Below are positions 37,964 to 47,984 of a DNA stretch of 57,853 nucleotides, one piece after another. Source of the stretch: Methanosarcinales archaeon (GTDB lineage Archaea; Halobacteriota; Methanosarcinia; Methanosarcinales; Methanogasteraceae); the NCBI GenBank assembly GCA_004211975.1, contig RXIK01000114.1:1-57853 (forward strand). The letters run 5' to 3'. The first letter of the stretch is position 1, and every line of letters begins with the position of its first letter. The notes below the pieces were generated by a model. That model searched no databases and was not told where the DNA came from. It saw nothing but the letters and a program-made list of their open reading frames with translations. A program made the position numbers and the translations under genes.

Positions 37964-38409
37964 TTGAGATATCCTTGTGCCTTAAGGTGTGCATTAATGT
38001 GTGCTACACTCTTGTATTCGCCACCCTTCGCTCTCCGGTACATCTTGCAGTAAACGTCTGGCGAAAGTGTCTCGTTGCTGCGTAGTTCCTTGAGGCGAGC
38101 GCGAAGCGCGCGAATCTTGGTGATCCATGCTTGTTTTCTAGGTGTCCTGGCACTCTTACTACCTTTCCGGGATCCATGTCCCGTCCTGTGCCCATATCTT
38201 ACTTTTTCGTCTTTAAGACGGGCGCGACCGCGGCTGACGCCTCTTACAGGCTTCGCCTTGATTGTTTCTGATTCGATCAGATCTCTGACATCGCCTCGGG
38301 TGGTTGCCTGAGCGATATTGATTGCTTCATCCGGGTCGAGCCATATCCTGTGTATGCCGACGCCAAGGACGCTTGCAGCGATACGCCGTTGAGTGGAAAG
38401 ATCGGTCAT
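37960..38409 (-). CDS. rpl19e: 50S ribosomal protein L19e
   Basis: [23 protein letters not shown]...[20 protein letters not shown]. The stop overlaps the rpoD ATG (tcat at 37960-37963, ATGA on the coding strand). Confidence 0.9.
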   Translation of the reverse strand: MTDLSTQRRIAASVLGVGIHRIWLDPDEAINIAQATTRGDVRDLIESETIKAKPVRGVSRGRARLKDEKVRYGHRTGHGSRKGSKSARTPRKQAWITKIRALRARLKELRSNETLSPDVYCKMYRRAKGGEYKSVAHINAHLKAQGYLK

Positions 38410-38810
38410 TCTGCTGTCGCCTCCGTTGGTAGTGGATTTAATATCCTGATTCCAAGACCTGCTGCGGTCTTTTCGATGATCTGCCGTTTTCTCACGCCAA
38501 CAGTGCGCGCGATTCGAGCAACCTGATATGACGGATCAACCAGTTGCACATCACCTTGGTTTCGTACCAGCACCTCTTCATAGCCTGAGGGGTGCAATCC
38601 TCTGACCGCGCGTGGGCTGCTGTAGCCTGCCTGCACGATAGCGCCCTTCGAAGCGATTCGTTTTCGCAGTTTGCTCTGCAAACCTCTGGGACGTCGCCAG
38701 TTATCATCCAGTTTCTTTTTTTTGTGAGAATCTATCCGCTTAAACGTCGGTTTTTTGTTTTTTTGTCGTTTTCTGATATTTAACGCCCGTTTGATTACAT
38801 CATCCATCAT
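38406..38810 (-). CDS. rpl32e: 50S ribosomal protein L32e
   Basis: [30 protein letters not shown]...[24 protein letters not shown] 38406..38885 trimmed to the Met at MMDDVIK (38810), because the longer form overlaps L6. Confidence 0.85.
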   Translation of the reverse strand: MMDDVIKRALNIRKRQKNKKPTFKRIDSHKKKKLDDNWRRPRGLQSKLRKRIASKGAIVQAGYSSPRAVRGLHPSGYEEVLVRNQGDVQLVDPSYQVARIARTVGVRKRQIIEKTAAGLGIRILNPLPTEATAE

Positions 38811-39372
38811 AATCACCTTGTTTAACCGCTTCCAACATATCTTTCTCGACCACATATATCCCGTCCTGAAACACTCTTGGGTCACGGGCTTTGATCCGGG
38901 TCGCCTGTTCGATATTTGCCGCAGTCTGCCCTACGGACTCCTTATTGATGCCGGTGATAACCACTTCATCGCCATTCAATGCCACATTGACTCCGGAATG
39001 TATCCACGCGGTTCGATCCTTCTTCTCGCCAAGAAAGTTACCTATTACAAGTCTGTCTGTATCGACGCGTAATTGGATCGGGAAATGTGAATACACCATC
39101 TTCATCCGGTATCTGTATCCACTGAGGACTCCGCTGATCATGTTCCTGAGGTGTGCTGCAAGTGTGCCGACCATTGCTTTCTGCTTCTTTCGCACAATGG
39201 TGGCATCGGTATCGACATATATATTTTGTTCGGTCCGTTGAATAGTGAGGTGTGGATACCATAATTCACGGGTGATGGATCCACTTGGACCCGACACCGT
39301 AACCGCTCTTCCGTCGATCGAAACATCAACGTTATCCGGTATTGCAATCGTTTTTTTGAGTTCTTTTGCCAT
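38800..39372 (-). CDS. rpl6: 50S ribosomal protein L6 (uL6)
   Basis: IAIPDNVDVSIDGRAVTVSGPSGSITREL...YSHFPIQLRV, position between S8 and L32e. Confidence 0.9.
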   Translation of the reverse strand: MAKELKKTIAIPDNVDVSIDGRAVTVSGPSGSITRELWYPHLTIQRTEQNIYVDTDATIVRKKQKAMVGTLAAHLRNMISGVLSGYRYRMKMVYSHFPIQLRVDTDRLVIGNFLGEKKDRTAWIHSGVNVALNGDEVVITGINKESVGQTAANIEQATRIKARDPRVFQDGIYVVEKDMLEAVKQGDYDG

Positions 39373-39380
39373 TATTCCAC

Positions 39381-39782
39381 CTAATACACATAAGCGAGGA
39401 GCTGCCCTCCAACCGCATTCTCTCGAGCATCATAGTGTGATAGTATGCCGCGAGGTGTCGTTAATATCAGCGCTCCAAAGTTTCTCGCCGGTAAAAACCG
39501 TTTCTCCCATCTCTCAAGATCGGTTTGCTTGACTGAAAATCGTGGCTTGATCACCTTGCAGTCGTTAATCTTTCCGTTGAGGCGCACCTTAAAGACGCCT
39601 GCTTTTCCATCCTCAATACGTTCGTATTCATCAATATATCCCCTGCTCTGAACCACGCTTAACACATTGCCTATGAGTTTTGAGGCGGGGCGTATGATGC
39701 ATTCGTCCTTTCCAGTCCTCTCTGCATTTCGTATGGTTGATAGCGCGTTAGCGAGTGGGTCAAGTAGTACCATTAAATTCAC
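39381..39782 (-). CDS. rps8: 30S ribosomal protein S8 (uS8)
   Basis: [43 protein letters not shown]...GGQLLAYVY. Confidence 0.9.
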   Translation of the reverse strand: MNLMVLLDPLANALSTIRNAERTGKDECIIRPASKLIGNVLSVVQSRGYIDEYERIEDGKAGVFKVRLNGKINDCKVIKPRFSVKQTDLERWEKRFLPARNFGALILTTPRGILSHYDARENAVGGQLLAYVY

Positions 39783-39788
39783 CTCATA

Positions 39789-39938
39789 TCAGTTGTATTT
39801 TTCAAATCCCATGTCTTTCGCGATCTCTCGGAAACACTGTCGACAGAGATATATGCGGTATTTTCTGACCAGCCCTTGTTTCCTGCCACACCGCTTGCAC
39901 ACATTCAAAGCCCCGCCCGTAGTAGCATGTTCACTCAT
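39789..39938 (-). CDS. rps14: 30S ribosomal protein S14 type Z (uS14, zinc-binding)
   Basis: [28 protein letters not shown] trimmed to Met MSEHATTGG at 39938, adjacent to the L5 stop at 39935. Confidence 0.85.
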   Translation of the reverse strand: MSEHATTGGALNVCKRCGRKQGLVRKYRIYLCRQCFREIAKDMGFEKYN

Positions 39939-40435
39939 TCGAGCACCTCTAAGTTGTATCGGTCGCACATCCACGGACACGCATCCTCCGCGGTTAATCG
40001 GTGTTTATGCGACATTTTTTGCTGCTGGATGTGGCGCCTGCTAACTCGATAACCGGGTCGCTTTAGACTCACACAGACATCCATTCCAAAGATTCCAATA
40101 TTCGGATCATAAGTCATATTCGGGAAGTCCGTGTGCTCTTCGATACCGAAAGACACGTTACCGGTAGCATCGAACTGCGACGCATATATTTTATGATCTA
40201 TGGCGGCAATTGCTGCGTCAAGGAATGTGTAAGCCTTCTCTCTGCGAAGTGTGACTTTGCAGCCGATTGGTTCTCCCAGCTTGATGCCGAAGGTAGGAAT
40301 GCGGGACTTTGATAGTGTTCTCACATTTTTCTGGTGGGTAATTTCGAAAAGAATGTTTTCGGCATTTATCAGGCGTTGCCCGCTCTCGCCCACTCCGAGA
40401 TGTACGGTCACCTTGTCAATCTCGATCTCACGCAT
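39935..40435 (-). CDS. rpl5: 50S ribosomal protein L5 (uL5)
   Basis: [19 protein letters not shown]...[22 protein letters not shown]. The start is chosen at MREIEI (40435); upstream in-frame Mets at 40468 and 40501 are possible. Confidence 0.85.
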   Translation of the reverse strand: MREIEIDKVTVHLGVGESGQRLINAENILFEITHQKNVRTLSKSRIPTFGIKLGEPIGCKVTLRREKAYTFLDAAIAAIDHKIYASQFDATGNVSFGIEEHTDFPNMTYDPNIGIFGMDVCVSLKRPGYRVSRRHIQQQKMSHKHRLTAEDACPWMCDRYNLEVLE

Positions 40436-40442
40436 CTTAGTT

Positions 40443-41171
40443 TCAGTCAATAAAATCACCTTTTTCATCAGAAAGTTCCATTTCAGGGGTGTTTTTGCCA
40501 ATCACAAACACATAGTCCTCTACCGTCTCAAAATCATACGTGCTTTGGAGTGATACCATGTTTGGCATCGAGCTTCGTATTTTTTTGATCTCCTTGATCG
40601 TTGCGATTTCCCCGGAATGCGCTCCACCAGTGATCAGGGCGAGGTTGCCGGGTTTGTACACAAGGTGCTGGAGAACCGTTCGCTCGGGAATCGAAACAAG
40701 TATCGAGTCGGATGTGTGATATGAAAATTCATCTGAAATGATGTTCGAGCCGTCGTGGAGATTTAACTGGGTAGCCCCACCTTTCACGTTTGTTTTGTCA
40801 GCAATCCTGTACAATTTAATACCTGAATCAGTGACTTTATTAAGTATAAATCTCTGCTTTCGGTCCAGAAGGACTCTGTACGATGTATCGGTTTTTGGCA
40901 TGGTTATAATATCAAAAAGTCCCACTGGAAACCGGTAATCGCGCACAATGTTGCCATCGATCAGGATCTCGCCATTGTGTAGTATCCGTTTCACCTCTCT
41001 GCTCGAGTTCGCGAGTTTTAACATGTCTCGCAGAGCCACCAGTAACGGAATGCTCGTTGGTTCGGAATGTGATCCTGGTGCGGATTTGACAACGAATTTA
41101 TGTGCCTTTCTCGATATGTTCCACGATTTTGGTGCTGAAAGTCTTTTTTGGTGCCTGCTCACTAAAATCAC
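40443..41171 (-). CDS. rps4e: 30S ribosomal protein S4e
   Basis: HQKRLSAPKSWNISRKAHKFVVKSAPGSH...GEILIDGNIVRDYRFPVGLFDIITM. Confidence 0.9.
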   Translation of the reverse strand: MILVSRHQKRLSAPKSWNISRKAHKFVVKSAPGSHSEPTSIPLLVALRDMLKLANSSREVKRILHNGEILIDGNIVRDYRFPVGLFDIITMPKTDTSYRVLLDRKQRFILNKVTDSGIKLYRIADKTNVKGGATQLNLHDGSNIISDEFSYHTSDSILVSIPERTVLQHLVYKPGNLALITGGAHSGEIATIKEIKKIRSSMPNMVSLQSTYDFETVEDYVFVIGKNTPEMELSDEKGDFID

Positions 41172-41518
41172 TCCTCGAGTGTCTGTTCTCTCATCTCATC
41201 CTCGAGATTCAGTTTGGTTATCATAACGTTTGATGGATATACGGGTCTTGGAACCTCTTCGCCGTTCGCCTTAAATAATGTTGCGGCATCGATTGCGAGC
41301 GTGCCCTCTTTAAGATGAAGCCGTTCAACCTTCCCTTCTTTGCCTGCGTATTCGCCGCGCATGATTTTTACAGTGTCTCCGGTACGAACGCTAAACGTTC
41401 GCCGCCCATATTTCTCCCGCAGCGGATTACTTAAATGGGCTCTCATAAATTTTTGTCTTTTGTGCAGAGGGGCTTGATATTGCGCTTTCCTCTGCTTTCG
41501 CGGTTGTTTGGATTTCAT
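41168..41518 (-). CDS. rpl24: 50S ribosomal protein L24 (uL24)
   Basis: KQPRKQRKAQYQAPLHKRQKFM...VRTGDTVKIMRGEYAGKEGKV (KOW motif). ATGA-type overlap with S4e. Confidence 0.9.
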   Translation of the reverse strand: MKSKQPRKQRKAQYQAPLHKRQKFMRAHLSNPLREKYGRRTFSVRTGDTVKIMRGEYAGKEGKVERLHLKEGTLAIDAATLFKANGEEVPRPVYPSNVMITKLNLEDEMREQTLEE

Positions 41519-41701
41519 GATCCATACAATTTGTTGCTATGGTATATCTATGTTTCCGATGCTGCTGGCTGCCTGCTTACGCGTCGGCGGATAAAAAAAA
41601 TGTGATGACCGATGCATTCTGCAAAACGGGGGTAAACATCTACATAGTGCACTCTTACACCCCATACCACAACTGGTTTATGTCGTTGCCACCCACATTC
41701 T

Positions 41702-43555
41702 ATGGGGGTTGACCTCAGGCAAATGGAACCGATATACATTTTTGCACTGTTCACACTGGTCCTTACGGCAAGCATCCTTGCACAGATGCTCAGTAAAATC
41801 CTGCACACACCAAGCATCGTGTTTCTACTTGCTGCAGGCATCCTGCTTGGACCGGAATGTATCGGGGTCATAGATCCACACCTATATGGTGATGGCTTGA
41901 GGCTGGTTGTCACGTTTGCGGTGGTGATCATCGTCTTTGATGGCAGCATCAACATAGATATCAGGCACCTGCGCACAGTGTCTCGTAGTGTACTTACATT
42001 AGTCAGCGTTGGTGTGCTGATCACCATGATCGGCGGCGCAATCGTCGCGCATTGGTTGGCAGGACTTGACTGGGGATTTGCGTTTCTGTTCGGTGCGCTG
42101 GTAGCGGCAACCGGTCCAACGGTTATTGTGCCTTTGATGCAGGATATGCGGGTTAATAACCGGATACGCAGCATTCTGGAGCTGGAGGGTGTGTTCAATG
42201 ATGCAGTCAGTGTGCTTCTTGCCGCGGTGATCTTTGAATGGATCACGATGTCGCATCCGACCATTGAATATGGAGTTACCACGTTTATGTTGCGCATCGC
42301 AATCGGCGTGATCGTTGGGCTGATCATGGGCGTAACCTGTGCATTTGCACTATCGCAGACCCGGGTTATCACAAAGCATCTGGTGCATCTAACCACCATG
42401 TCCTTTGTTCTCATTACCTACACGCTCGCTGAGATGCTCTCTCGAGAAACCGGCATATTAGCAGTGGCAATTGCCGCAATATACATGGGAACGGCAGATA
42501 TGCCCTATAAAGAGGAGGTGCGAGAGTTCAAAAGTTATTTATCAATTATTTTGCTCTCTGTTATCTTCATACTCCTTGCTGCGATGCTGCAATTCAACAG
42601 CATCGCATCCTTAGGCGTGCGCGGCGTACTCGTTATAGTGGCTCTCATCCTCGTTGTGAGACCGATCACGGTCTTTGTGTCCACCATCCATTCGCCATTA
42701 CGGTTCAACGACCGATTGTTCATCTCTGCAATGGGTCCGCGGGGAGTGGTGCCTGCATCGATGGCGACCTATTTTGCACTTAAGATCACCGATGCAGAGG
42801 TGGGCGATACCATCATGGGGCTTGTATTTTTATGTATTATCATCACAGTAATACTAACGGGCGTGTTTGCCAGACCAATTGCAAAAAGACTTAAGGTGAT
42901 ACCAATGGAAATATTGATCGTTGGCGGTGGCGGTGTCGGGAGCGCGCTTGCACACCGTTTGACCCGAAGAGGGGAGAACGTGGTTGTGATCGACCCTAAT
43001 ATTGAGAATTGCAAGCGTCTGGAGAAGTTTGGTATACCCACTGTGCAAGGGGATGGCGGGGATATTACAGTGCTCCGGAAGGCTGGCATCAAGAACGCCA
43101 AATACCTTGTGGCGACCACCGAGAGGGATAGTGTGAATATGCTGATATGTCAGGTTGCAAAGAGCAAGTTCGGGTTTGGAGAAGGTAAACTTATTGCGCG
43201 GGTGAATGACCCGAAGAACCTGTCAACATTTCATGATCTTGGAATCAAGTCAATGAGTCCGATTGCGTCAACAGCCGCGATCCTGGATCATCTGATCGGG
43301 CACCCGAGTCTGTTCTCAATGTATGAACTTGGCGAGCACGGCGATATCGTTGAAGTGCTGGTGACCAATCCGGAGATGATTGGAAAATCGATAAAAGAAC
43401 TTAAGATCCCGATTAACTCGATAATCGTGCTGATCCACCGAGGTGACGACATCCTGATACCGCACGGTGAAGCGGTCATCGAAAACGGGGATCGTATCAC
43501 GATCATGGGGAAAATGAAATCCGTGAGAAAGGCTGTTGATATGTTCAAGTTGTGA
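41702..43555 (+). CDS. Na+(K+)/H+ antiporter (CPA1/NhaP-type) fused to C-terminal RCK (TrkA-N + TrkA-C) domain
   Basis: About 12 hydrophobic helices, then ILIVGGGGVGSALAHRL (Rossmann) and a TrkA-C-like end (GKSIKELKIPINSIIVLIHRGDDILIPHGEAVIENGDRITIMG). Confidence 0.8.
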   Translation: MGVDLRQMEPIYIFALFTLVLTASILAQMLSKILHTPSIVFLLAAGILLGPECIGVIDPHLYGDGLRLVVTFAVVIIVFDGSINIDIRHLRTVSRSVLTLVSVGVLITMIGGAIVAHWLAGLDWGFAFLFGALVAATGPTVIVPLMQDMRVNNRIRSILELEGVFNDAVSVLLAAVIFEWITMSHPTIEYGVTTFMLRIAIGVIVGLIMGVTCAFALSQTRVITKHLVHLTTMSFVLITYTLAEMLSRETGILAVAIAAIYMGTADMPYKEEVREFKSYLSIILLSVIFILLAAMLQFNSIASLGVRGVLVIVALILVVRPITVFVSTIHSPLRFNDRLFISAMGPRGVVPASMATYFALKITDAEVGDTIMGLVFLCIIITVILTGVFARPIAKRLKVIPMEILIVGGGGVGSALAHRLTRRGENVVVIDPNIENCKRLEKFGIPTVQGDGGDITVLRKAGIKNAKYLVATTERDSVNMLICQVAKSKFGFGEGKLIARVNDPKNLSTFHDLGIKSMSPIASTAAILDHLIGHPSLFSMYELGEHGDIVEVLVTNPEMIGKSIKELKIPINSIIVLIHRGDDILIPHGEAVIENGDRITIMGKMKSVRKAVDMFKL

Positions 43556-43660
43556 GAGTCCTTGGGTGACCTACGTGATTTTGACGCCGCTCTGACGTAA
43601 AAACCACCAGTCGCAAAAGATTTATCATCCTGACGCCAATGATTGTGCCGAGGATGAACT

Positions 43661-44791
43661 ATGACGCAGTATAAAATCCCGGTGATCCCGGGCGATGGCA
43701 TCGGTCCCGAGATAGTCGCTGAAGGAAAAAAGGTTCTTGACACCGCAGGCGAGGTGTATGGATTCGATATCAGCTGGACCGAGTATCCGCATGGCGCAGA
43801 ACATTATCTTGAGACCGGAGAACTCATGTCAGAGGATACACTTAAAGAACTGTCCGGATATGACGCAATCTATCTCGGATCGATCGGGGACCCGCGTATT
43901 CCGCCGGGCGTGCTTGAACAGGGGATTCTCTTAACCACACGGTTTTATTTTGATCAGTACATCAACTTAAGACCTGTTAAACTTCTGAAGGGCGTCGCCA
44001 CTCCGCTGAAGGACAAGGGACCTGAAGAGATCGATTTTGTCGTGGTGCGAGAGAACACCGAGGACCTGTACATTGGCGTTGGTGGACATGCATCGGCTGG
44101 CAGGAGCCATGGTACCGCGGAGATCGTGCGTAACCTCTATCAGGTGAAGTTTGACCTGGACGTTGAGACTGATGCTGATGAGATCGCATACCAGATCGGG
44201 CTGATCAGCAGGCAGGGGAGCGAGCGCGTGATCAAGTACGCATTCGAACTTGCATCAGGTCCCACACAAAAACAGCATCTTTCGTCAGTTGACAAGGCAA
44301 ACGTGATGACTGACATCTATGGATTCTGGAGAGAAGTATTCACATCGGTTGCAGATGGCTATCCTGACATCGAGACCGACTTCAATTTTGTTGATGCGAT
44401 CTGCATGTGGTTTGTGAAGAACCCCGAGTGGTTTGATGTGGTGGTCACTCCGAACATGTTCGGCGACATCATAACGGATCTTGGCGCGATGATCCAGGGA
44501 GGACTAGGGCTTGCGCCAGGCGGAAACATTAACCCTGACGGCATCTCAATGTTTGAGCCAATACACGGAAGCGCGCCAAAGCACAAAGGCTTAAACAAGG
44601 TTAACCCGATCGCAACAATCTGGGCTGGTGCGATGCTGATCGAGGAGCTTGGCGAGCGCGATGCTGCACAGTCAATCATTGGCGCAATCGAGGCAAATCT
44701 CTCTGACGGAAAGGTCAAGACCTATGATCTTGGAGGATCAGCCAGCACAAGCGATGTCGGAGATGATATTGCAAGGCGGCTTTCTGCATAA
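43661..44791 (+). CDS. Isocitrate/isopropylmalate dehydrogenase-superfamily enzyme (3-isopropylmalate / tartrate / homoisocitrate dehydrogenase-like)
   Basis: [60 protein letters not shown]. The substrate cannot be assigned by eye. Confidence 0.8.
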   Translation: MTQYKIPVIPGDGIGPEIVAEGKKVLDTAGEVYGFDISWTEYPHGAEHYLETGELMSEDTLKELSGYDAIYLGSIGDPRIPPGVLEQGILLTTRFYFDQYINLRPVKLLKGVATPLKDKGPEEIDFVVVRENTEDLYIGVGGHASAGRSHGTAEIVRNLYQVKFDLDVETDADEIAYQIGLISRQGSERVIKYAFELASGPTQKQHLSSVDKANVMTDIYGFWREVFTSVADGYPDIETDFNFVDAICMWFVKNPEWFDVVVTPNMFGDIITDLGAMIQGGLGLAPGGNINPDGISMFEPIHGSAPKHKGLNKVNPIATIWAGAMLIEELGERDAAQSIIGAIEANLSDGKVKTYDLGGSASTSDVGDDIARRLSA

Positions 44792-44797
44792 ACGCGT

Positions 44798-46009
44798 GTG
44801 ATTGCGGAATTAAAGAACGCTTTTAAGGTCGCATCACCCAATAGACCACTAATGACCCTACCAGAGCCGGAGCATACTGGCGATCAGAGCAGCAACACCG
44901 ACGCAGCCGTCCGATCAGACCCGGATCAAGAACTCAAACACATCGATGAGATTCTTGACAAGACAGATCGGAAGACCCGGATCGATGACGGGAGTTCTGT
45001 TGCTGAGATTTCACCTTCGCCGGTGCCAACCTCAGTGCCTCCACCATCATCACCACCACCCCAGCCGCCAACCACACCACCTCCGGCACCGACCCGGATC
45101 CCAACTCAACCACCAAAGAAAAACCCACTAAAAGGATTCTTTGTATATATTGCGATCGTGTTATTGCTGATAACGGTTATTGGGGTGAGCCTCGCGATGA
45201 TACTGGGAGATTTTGACACCCAGGGGCTTTATCCCGCTAAAGATCAGGTTGCTGTGATCTATGTGCAGGGAACAATGATCACCGGGGGGATTCCGGATGG
45301 ATTTGGGTTTGCAACCTCAGAAAACATCTGCAAGAACCTGAGGATTGCGGCAAAGGACGATAACATAAAAGCGATCGTTCTGCGAGTAAACAGCCCTGGC
45401 GGCACCCCCGCCGCGGCACAGGAGATCGCAACCGAGATCGCGAAAGTGAATGTGAACGGAAAGCCCGTGGTGATCTCGATGGCTGACGTCGCTGCAAGTG
45501 CTGCATACTACATCTCTGCCCCGGCAGACTGGATCATCGCAAATCCAGACACTATCACAGGCAGCATCGGCGTGGTCTGGGTATTTGAGAACAAATCAGG
45601 ATACTATGATGAAGAGGGAATCGAGCACTGGGTTGCAAAATCAGGGGAGTTTAAGGACATGGGCGCGGACTGGCGAAACCTGACTGCTGATGAGAAGGAG
45701 TATGCGGACACGGTGGTGATGGATGCGTTTTCACGGTTTGTGGACGCTGTTGCAAACGGAAGAAACATGACCCGGGACGACGTGTTAAACCTCTCTGACG
45801 GGCGCATATACACAGGCGCAAACGCAGTGGATCTTGGTCTGGTGGACGAGACCGGTAATATGTACGATGCCATCGACGTAGCCGCCGATCTTGGGAACAT
45901 CACGGGAGAGCCTACTATCACTTATATGAACAAACCATCAATTACCCAGTTGTTGTTTGGAGAAAGTGAGCGCATCAGCGAGTATACAGGCTTTGATGGT
46001 CCCGGTTAA
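44798..46009 (+). CDS. sppA: Signal peptide peptidase SppA (S49 family) with Pro-rich N-terminal extension and TM anchor
   Basis: VAVIYVQGTMITGG..., AIVLRVNSPGGTPAAAQEI, ADVAASAAYYISAPADWIIANPDTITGSIGVV. TM helix FFVYIAIVLLLITVIGVSLAMIL. GTG start. Confidence 0.8.
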   Translation: MIAELKNAFKVASPNRPLMTLPEPEHTGDQSSNTDAAVRSDPDQELKHIDEILDKTDRKTRIDDGSSVAEISPSPVPTSVPPPSSPPPQPPTTPPPAPTRIPTQPPKKNPLKGFFVYIAIVLLLITVIGVSLAMILGDFDTQGLYPAKDQVAVIYVQGTMITGGIPDGFGFATSENICKNLRIAAKDDNIKAIVLRVNSPGGTPAAAQEIATEIAKVNVNGKPVVISMADVAASAAYYISAPADWIIANPDTITGSIGVVWVFENKSGYYDEEGIEHWVAKSGEFKDMGADWRNLTADEKEYADTVVMDAFSRFVDAVANGRNMTRDDVLNLSDGRIYTGANAVDLGLVDETGNMYDAIDVAADLGNITGEPTITYMNKPSITQLLFGESERISEYTGFDGPG

Positions 46010-46541
46010 GCAGGATCTGCTCAACCGTCCCGATGTAAATTATGCATGGTCTACCGCGCCTCTGCGATGGCTGGAATTCATAGGTAAGCGATTCACTTGA
46101 CTGCCACATCTGATCAATCACATGAAGTAGCGTGATTGCTTCGGCACATCCCTCAATCACACCAATCGTTCCATCCATAATCTGACACGCGCACCAGAAC
46201 GGGCAGGTGTTGCCGATCACGAGTTTAATTGCGCCGCCCGCGGTCGTGGTCATAGTGATGTCTGGCGGGTCTGGCATTGAATCAACAAAACAAGAGATCA
46301 CACCCTCCAGCCGATCAAATTTCTTTGAGGTGTCAATGTTTGATTCTTGCAGCCATATCCTGGCTGCGTTTTTAATAATAGGATCAAAGAGCACACGCGC
46401 ATCCCTAAACCGTACGTGCGATACCTCTGCCACCGCAGCGACCAGTGCCGGGCAGGAGAACCCCATAGAATCCGCAACACATTCTGTTCCATTCATGCTA
46501 AACTTGCACCCACGTCTTGACATCATAGTAAACATTTTCAT
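45975..46541 (-). CDS. Cys-rich cytoplasmic protein, unknown function (possibly V4R-like small-molecule-binding fold)
   Basis: ORF 45975..46823 trimmed to ATG 46539-46541 (MKMFTMMSRRG), because the upstream part is antisense to the PT-rich region of the divergent gene. Contains CPFWCACQIMDGTIGVIEGCAE. The family guess is weak. Confidence 0.45.
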   Translation of the reverse strand: MKMFTMMSRRGCKFSMNGTECVADSMGFSCPALVAAVAEVSHVRFRDARVLFDPIIKNAARIWLQESNIDTSKKFDRLEGVISCFVDSMPDPPDITMTTTAGGAIKLVIGNTCPFWCACQIMDGTIGVIEGCAEAITLLHVIDQMWQSSESLTYEFQPSQRRGRPCIIYIGTVEQILLNRDHQSLYTR

Positions 46542-46596
46542 CAATATTAAAGATTGGGATTGAACCAACAACTTTACAATCCGATACCTCGCATAG

Positions 46597-47073
46597 ATGC
46601 TTAACATGAAATTAAATTCCATATTGTTTGTATCGCTGCTGGTGGTTGCAGCGCTGTTTGCCGGATGCATCGGAGATGACGAAAACGAGGTTGTGCCAAC
46701 ACCAACCCCAACAGCGACTCCTGAGCCTACTCCGATCGCGACTCTGGCGCCAACACCAACCCCAACAGCGACTCCTGAGCCTACTCCGACTGAAACCGTC
46801 AAACTGAACCCGCCAAAGCCCATATATCTCGAGAAGTATGCGATGGCGCCAAAGACTCCAACGATTCGTGTTGGCGAGGCGCTGAACTGGATTAACCTTC
46901 AAAAAAGCCCTATGCTCACATACACATTGGTGAGTGAGGATGAGCTATGGGAGAACCAGTCGCTCAGCTACGGCAAGAAGTTCAAGTACACGTTCGACAT
47001 GCCGGGCAACTACTCGTATTATTGTTCAGGCTACGGAAATGCGATGCGCGGAACCGTAACCGTAGTTGAGTGA
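46597..47073 (+). CDS. Lipobox-bearing cupredoxin-like protein lacking all His ligands, with PT-rich duplicated linker
   Basis: LFAGC lipobox-like signal end. Linker PTPTPTATPEPTPIATLAPTPTPTATPEPTPTE. C-terminus PGNYSYYCSGYGNAMRGTVTVVE mimics the cupredoxin C-x2-H-x2-4-M-x-G end, but with Tyr instead of His. The whole protein contains no His. Confidence 0.55.
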   Translation: MLNMKLNSILFVSLLVVAALFAGCIGDDENEVVPTPTPTATPEPTPIATLAPTPTPTATPEPTPTETVKLNPPKPIYLEKYAMAPKTPTIRVGEALNWINLQKSPMLTYTLVSEDELWENQSLSYGKKFKYTFDMPGNYSYYCSGYGNAMRGTVTVVE

Positions 47074-47137
47074 TCAGACTGTGCATAAGTGTTCCACTGG
47101 CAGGGCACAGAAGACCTGCCAGCGGAATAACATAAAC

Positions 47138-47650
47138 TTACTTTATCAGTTCGAGACGTTGTCCTTTAACGGTCAGCTGGCATGACCGTCTTGCAACGCC
47201 TCTGATGAGTGCTGAACTCATGTCAAGGGCTCTGGATAATCCCACCATTGAGCGGTTGCCTTTTGTAACCTCTTTCTCGATCGCATCGATCATTTCGGAG
47301 ATTTCCGCGTCGCTCTTGAAGGTTATCATGATTAAGTCGCTCATATCCTTAACCGAACACTGAAAATTCGCATGTAACTTCGAATATGTCGTTGTGTATT
47401 CCTTGTCTGGTGTTTTCCCGGGTTCTGGCATTCGCCACTGGCTTTCGATCAGACCGCCCTTTCGCAGGATATCAAGACTCTGCCTGACATCCGCGCCAAT
47501 GCGCTCTGAGAGTTCCTGTTCGGTCACCCATCCATTAGACAGTTCATCAAAGACTTTCTTGTGGGTATTTGAGCCAAAGGTTCGCAGCAACAATACCAGA
47601 TCAGAAGGGTCGTTTATAAGTTTTGTTCGCTTTCCCATTGGCGTTGCCAT
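47138..47650 (-). CDS. Winged-helix (ArsR/TrmB-like) DNA-binding protein
   Basis: KKVFDELSNGWVTEQELSERIGADVRQSLDILRKGGLIESQW is a wHTH pattern. It is the last gene of the co-oriented CetZ-like cluster, 10 nt after the 91-aa gene. Confidence 0.55.
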   Translation of the reverse strand: MATPMGKRTKLINDPSDLVLLLRTFGSNTHKKVFDELSNGWVTEQELSERIGADVRQSLDILRKGGLIESQWRMPEPGKTPDKEYTTTYSKLHANFQCSVKDMSDLIMITFKSDAEISEMIDAIEKEVTKGNRSMVGLSRALDMSSALIRGVARRSCQLTVKGQRLELIK

Positions 47651-47660
47651 ATTTAACTAC

Positions 47661-47936
47661 CTATATCCTTGACAGATTGTCCAGAAAAGCCTTTGCATCA
47701 GTCTTATCACCATACACAAAAACAATGTTCATTTCGCCGTTCACTTCGATCACCATTTTGTCAAGCAACTTTCTTCTTGCACGAACCCTAATATTGTTTT
47801 CGGTATACATACGACTTGCGTCGCTGTAGTATAGGTCATGACCCTCTTCGACGCGGGAGACTTTGAAACCCATTTTTGTCAGCGTGTCCGTAATGTATGC
47901 CAGCGTAATATCTTCATCGTATTGCCTTATGATCAC
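47661..47936 (-). CDS. Small (91 aa) protein, unknown function
   Basis: An ORF with no competing frame, 48 nt downstream of the CetZ-like gene and co-oriented. No recognisable motifs. Confidence 0.45.
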   Translation of the reverse strand: MIIRQYDEDITLAYITDTLTKMGFKVSRVEEGHDLYYSDASRMYTENNIRVRARRKLLDKMVIEVNGEMNIVFVYGDKTDAKAFLDNLSRI

Positions 47937-47984
47937 ATTGCACCTCGTTTTTTGGCAAATACCATGGAATAGACCGGAAATATT

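Noticed and set aside
41548-42414. 288-aa minus-strand ORF
   Set aside because: It is antisense to the Na+/H+ antiporter gene, whose hydrophobic helix pattern and RCK tail are convincing.
46542-46823. N-terminal 94-aa extension of ORF 45975..46823 (GVGVGSGVAVG...)
   Set aside because: The extension is the reverse-complement reading of the Pro/Thr linker of the divergent plus-strand gene. I trimmed the CDS to ATG 46541.
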